The translations under genes were made by a program, and so were the position numbers. From a virus, in the IMG/VR virus record IMGVR_UViG_3300031576_000004, positions 32,001 through 96,000 of that record: 64,000 bases of DNA. One strand, 5' to 3'. Under the pieces are notes generated by a model. The model had not been told where the DNA came from. It made no database searches and saw only the letters and a program-made list of their open reading frames with translations. Every line of letters begins with the position of its first letter. Positions within the stretch are counted from its first letter, which is position 1. Shown here piece by piece: positions 61,812-64,000 of this stretch.

Positions 61812-63098
61812 TTAAATTGCTTGCGCTATCGGAGAACCAGTAACTGCAAAGCCTACACATGGCCCAAACGGCCCGTTCACTATTATAATGTCTACGAACG
61901 CCCGAACAATAGGAAGTCCTGATCCAGGGATCTCAGACCCCAATGTTAGCGGTCCGGTGGTCCCAATACCCATTGATTTCGCCCTAATACTCACATCATA
62001 AGCAGCTGCATCTATCGGGATAATTGTTCCAGGCGCAGCTGGGCCATCAGGTGGTGGCTCGTACGGAACGAACTTAATTGGGTTGACGGATATCTCGTGG
62101 AGAATTGCAGAGACATGCCTGGTACCTGAGACATGCTCTCCCCTCAATTCCCCGAATACATCCATCCTGCTTGTCCCAGATACATATTGGGAATGCGTCC
62201 CAGCTGGGTCATATTCGTGATCGTATTTCTTTATTCCGCCAGACTCTACGCGCTCTTTAAAATGCCCGTCCTTTGCGATCTGGCGCTCATAAGTTCTCTT
62301 CCCATGCACCGGATCTGCAGCAGACTCTGCCTGCGATGGGTCCTGCATCCGCTCGGCATAGAAGTTAACCTTGGTTCCAATCTGCCGAATGAACGTCGGG
62401 CGCTTATCAGTTACCAGGTTCCTGTAGGTTGACTCGTGGTCCACATGGTCAGCGTCGTTCGTGACCATATCAGTCATGCCTGGCGTGATCAGCTTGTAAT
62501 TAATGCAGATGTCTGCAATTGTGTTCTTGAGAACTGAGAACACGCGCTGACATACCGCATTAGCATAATGAAGGATATCGCCGCTGGCATATACGATCGA
62601 CTTGTTCCCAGCCTTAGTTTTGCTGATAGAGTCGCCTGGCTGGAGATCCTCGTCTGTGTTGTTATAGGAGACCTTCCTTGATCTAGACGAAGACTTGGAT
62701 GTCCTGTTGGCAGACTTCTCTGGGAATACGTCTTTCAGTCTGTCATTGATGGCTGTTTCGTTAGTGGTCTGAATCCTTCCGTTCTCCTGAGTCGCCGCAA
62801 ACGTGGCATCTCGGTTAACTCGTGGAAGGAAACCAATAACAAAATAGGTATCAATTGTCCTAGCCATGACAACCTTAGAATCTATCTCTGGAACAACGTA
62901 AGTGCCATATCCACCAAGAGATTGGTAGTATGACCTCATTACTGGGATGTCTTTTATAATTGAGCCGCTGGAAGTGGACCTAACTGTCACGAGCCCTCGG
63001 CTAGCATCGACGTCAAGAACAGTCCCGACAGTTATCTCTGTCTCTTTCGGGAAGTAAAAGTCTTCCCTCTGTGGCTTCTTTTCCTGGGTATAAATCAT
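61812..63098 (-). CDS. Putative baseplate spike (gp5/gpV OB-fold-like)
   Basis: GTVLDVDASRGLVTVR...YVVPEIDSKVVM N-terminal pattern and a beta-rich C-terminus. Confidence 0.5.
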   Translation of the reverse strand: MIYTQEKKPQREDFYFPKETEITVGTVLDVDASRGLVTVRSTSSGSIIKDIPVMRSYYQSLGGYGTYVVPEIDSKVVMARTIDTYFVIGFLPRVNRDATFAATQENGRIQTTNETAINDRLKDVFPEKSANRTSKSSSRSRKVSYNNTDEDLQPGDSISKTKAGNKSIVYASGDILHYANAVCQRVFSVLKNTIADICINYKLITPGMTDMVTNDADHVDHESTYRNLVTDKRPTFIRQIGTKVNFYAERMQDPSQAESAADPVHGKRTYERQIAKDGHFKERVESGGIKKYDHEYDPAGTHSQYVSGTSRMDVFGELRGEHVSGTRHVSAILHEISVNPIKFVPYEPPPDGPAAPGTIIPIDAAAYDVSIRAKSMGIGTTGPLTLGSEIPGSGLPIVRAFVDIIIVNGPFGPCVGFAVTGSPIAQAI

Positions 63099-63485
63099 TT
63101 CAACCTAACATTTTATCCAGATTGCTCCCTATGGTCAATCAGTCTAACAAGCTCCTGCACAAAGGCATGTTTAGAGTGAACGTTTGTAAATTCAGTCACA
63201 TTATATATTTCGGTTCCATTGTGCAATGGGATCTGACCCCAGCTCACGCTTTCGGCATGGGTTGGACGCCCTTGTCTCCAATCACTAGTGGCAGGCCCAG
63301 GCCCACCGCCATGAAGACCTTTAACGCCAAGTATCTTCTTTTTCAGCTTTTCTTTGTTTTTCATTCTTCTGAACTTCTCTTAGAAGATCTTCGTCTAGCA
63401 TTATCTCCCTAGTGTCACAGACGACACAGACCTTAAAATCTTCTATATTCGCTCCGCACTTCGAACAGGTTGCCATTTGTTTCTC

Positions 63486-64000
63486 TCATTTCATTGGTGA
63501 ATTCTCGGGGACGCTGCCAGCCTCATCGGCCCCGATGGTTTTTAGTGCCGGTGCTCTTAGAGCTCCGGATGGGAACTGCTCCTGAGCCTGGACCTTGGCA
63601 TAAAGACCTCTGTATGCCTTCGGGTTCTCCCACATCTTCTTCCTAAGCGCATGAGAGAATCCGGTCCCGACTTTGCCGACGACATCCGAAGTAGGCTTCA
63701 TGCTATATGTGAAGCCGCCAGCCATCTTTCCTTTCATGCCGCCGCCTGCAGGGAACACATCCCTGATGACGACATCATAAACTGGCTTTATTTTAGCTTT
63801 AATTGGTGTCTTGGGTTCATCTAGGTTCCAGAGAACTACGCCCTCCTTTGTCTCCGGATGCCTCCCAGCTTTGATCTTCTCAAGGAGCTTTTCTTTTTCG
63901 CTTGGCCCGTGTGCTTCCGCTGGGAGCTCGAAGATCTTGGGTAGCAACTTTCTAACTTCCTTAAGAGCTTCGAGCCTTTCTCTGTAAGGCTTTTTAGAGT
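63486..64000 (-). CDS. ATP-dependent DNA ligase, C-terminal part (runs off the window)
   Basis: PYRERLEAL, KEGVVL, KAKIK, KVGTGFS and SGALRAP; frame open to the window edge. Confidence 0.8.
   Translation of the reverse strand, partial: SKKPYRERLEALKEVRKLLPKIFELPAEAHGPSEKEKLLEKIKAGRHPETKEGVVLWNLDEPKTPIKAKIKPVYDVVIRDVFPAGGGMKGKMAGGFTYSMKPTSDVVGKVGTGFSHALRKKMWENPKAYRGLYAKVQAQEQFPSGALRAPALKTIGADEAGSVPENSPMK

Noticed and set aside
1-64000. Stop-codon reassignment (alternative genetic code)
   Set aside because: Long genes are intact in code 11, TAG and TGA end well-defined ORFs including the tmRNA tag, and no CTA, TCA or TTA suppressor anticodon occurs in the array.

Overview
This window looks like part of a large tailed-phage (probably jumbo-phage) genome read in standard code 11. 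Minus-strand genes at both ends look late or structural: a gpA-type terminase large subunit, a gp5/gpV-like spike candidate, a partial ATP-dependent DNA ligase and several KxA-motif proteins. Between them lie about 45 kb of mostly plus-strand small accessory genes, including Pth2, a DHH phosphoesterase, a DEDDh exonuclease, macro-domain, Fic and AAA+ proteins, and many HNH/LAGLIDADG endonucleases. An RNA-rich block at 49.3-57.7 kb holds 41 tRNAs covering all 20 amino acids, a tmRNA, several tRNA-like RNAs lacking anticodon arms and two longer structured ncRNA candidates. Two systems stand out. (1) The tRNA array is preceded by a sigma70 promoter, a 41-codon leader ORF that uses 39 different codons and all 20 amino acids, and a mutually exclusive antiterminator/terminator pair; this is an apparent pan-codon attenuator that would switch the array on when any tRNA becomes limiting. 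(2) A 1.4-kb non-coding array at 8.0-9.4 kb consists of NN-(V)AY pentamers punctuated by 35 AGCRGY delimiters, and a stand-alone RAMP/Cas7-like gene lies at 49.6 kb; together they suggest a non-CRISPR RNA-guided system. All calls come from manual reading; no searches or folding programs were run.
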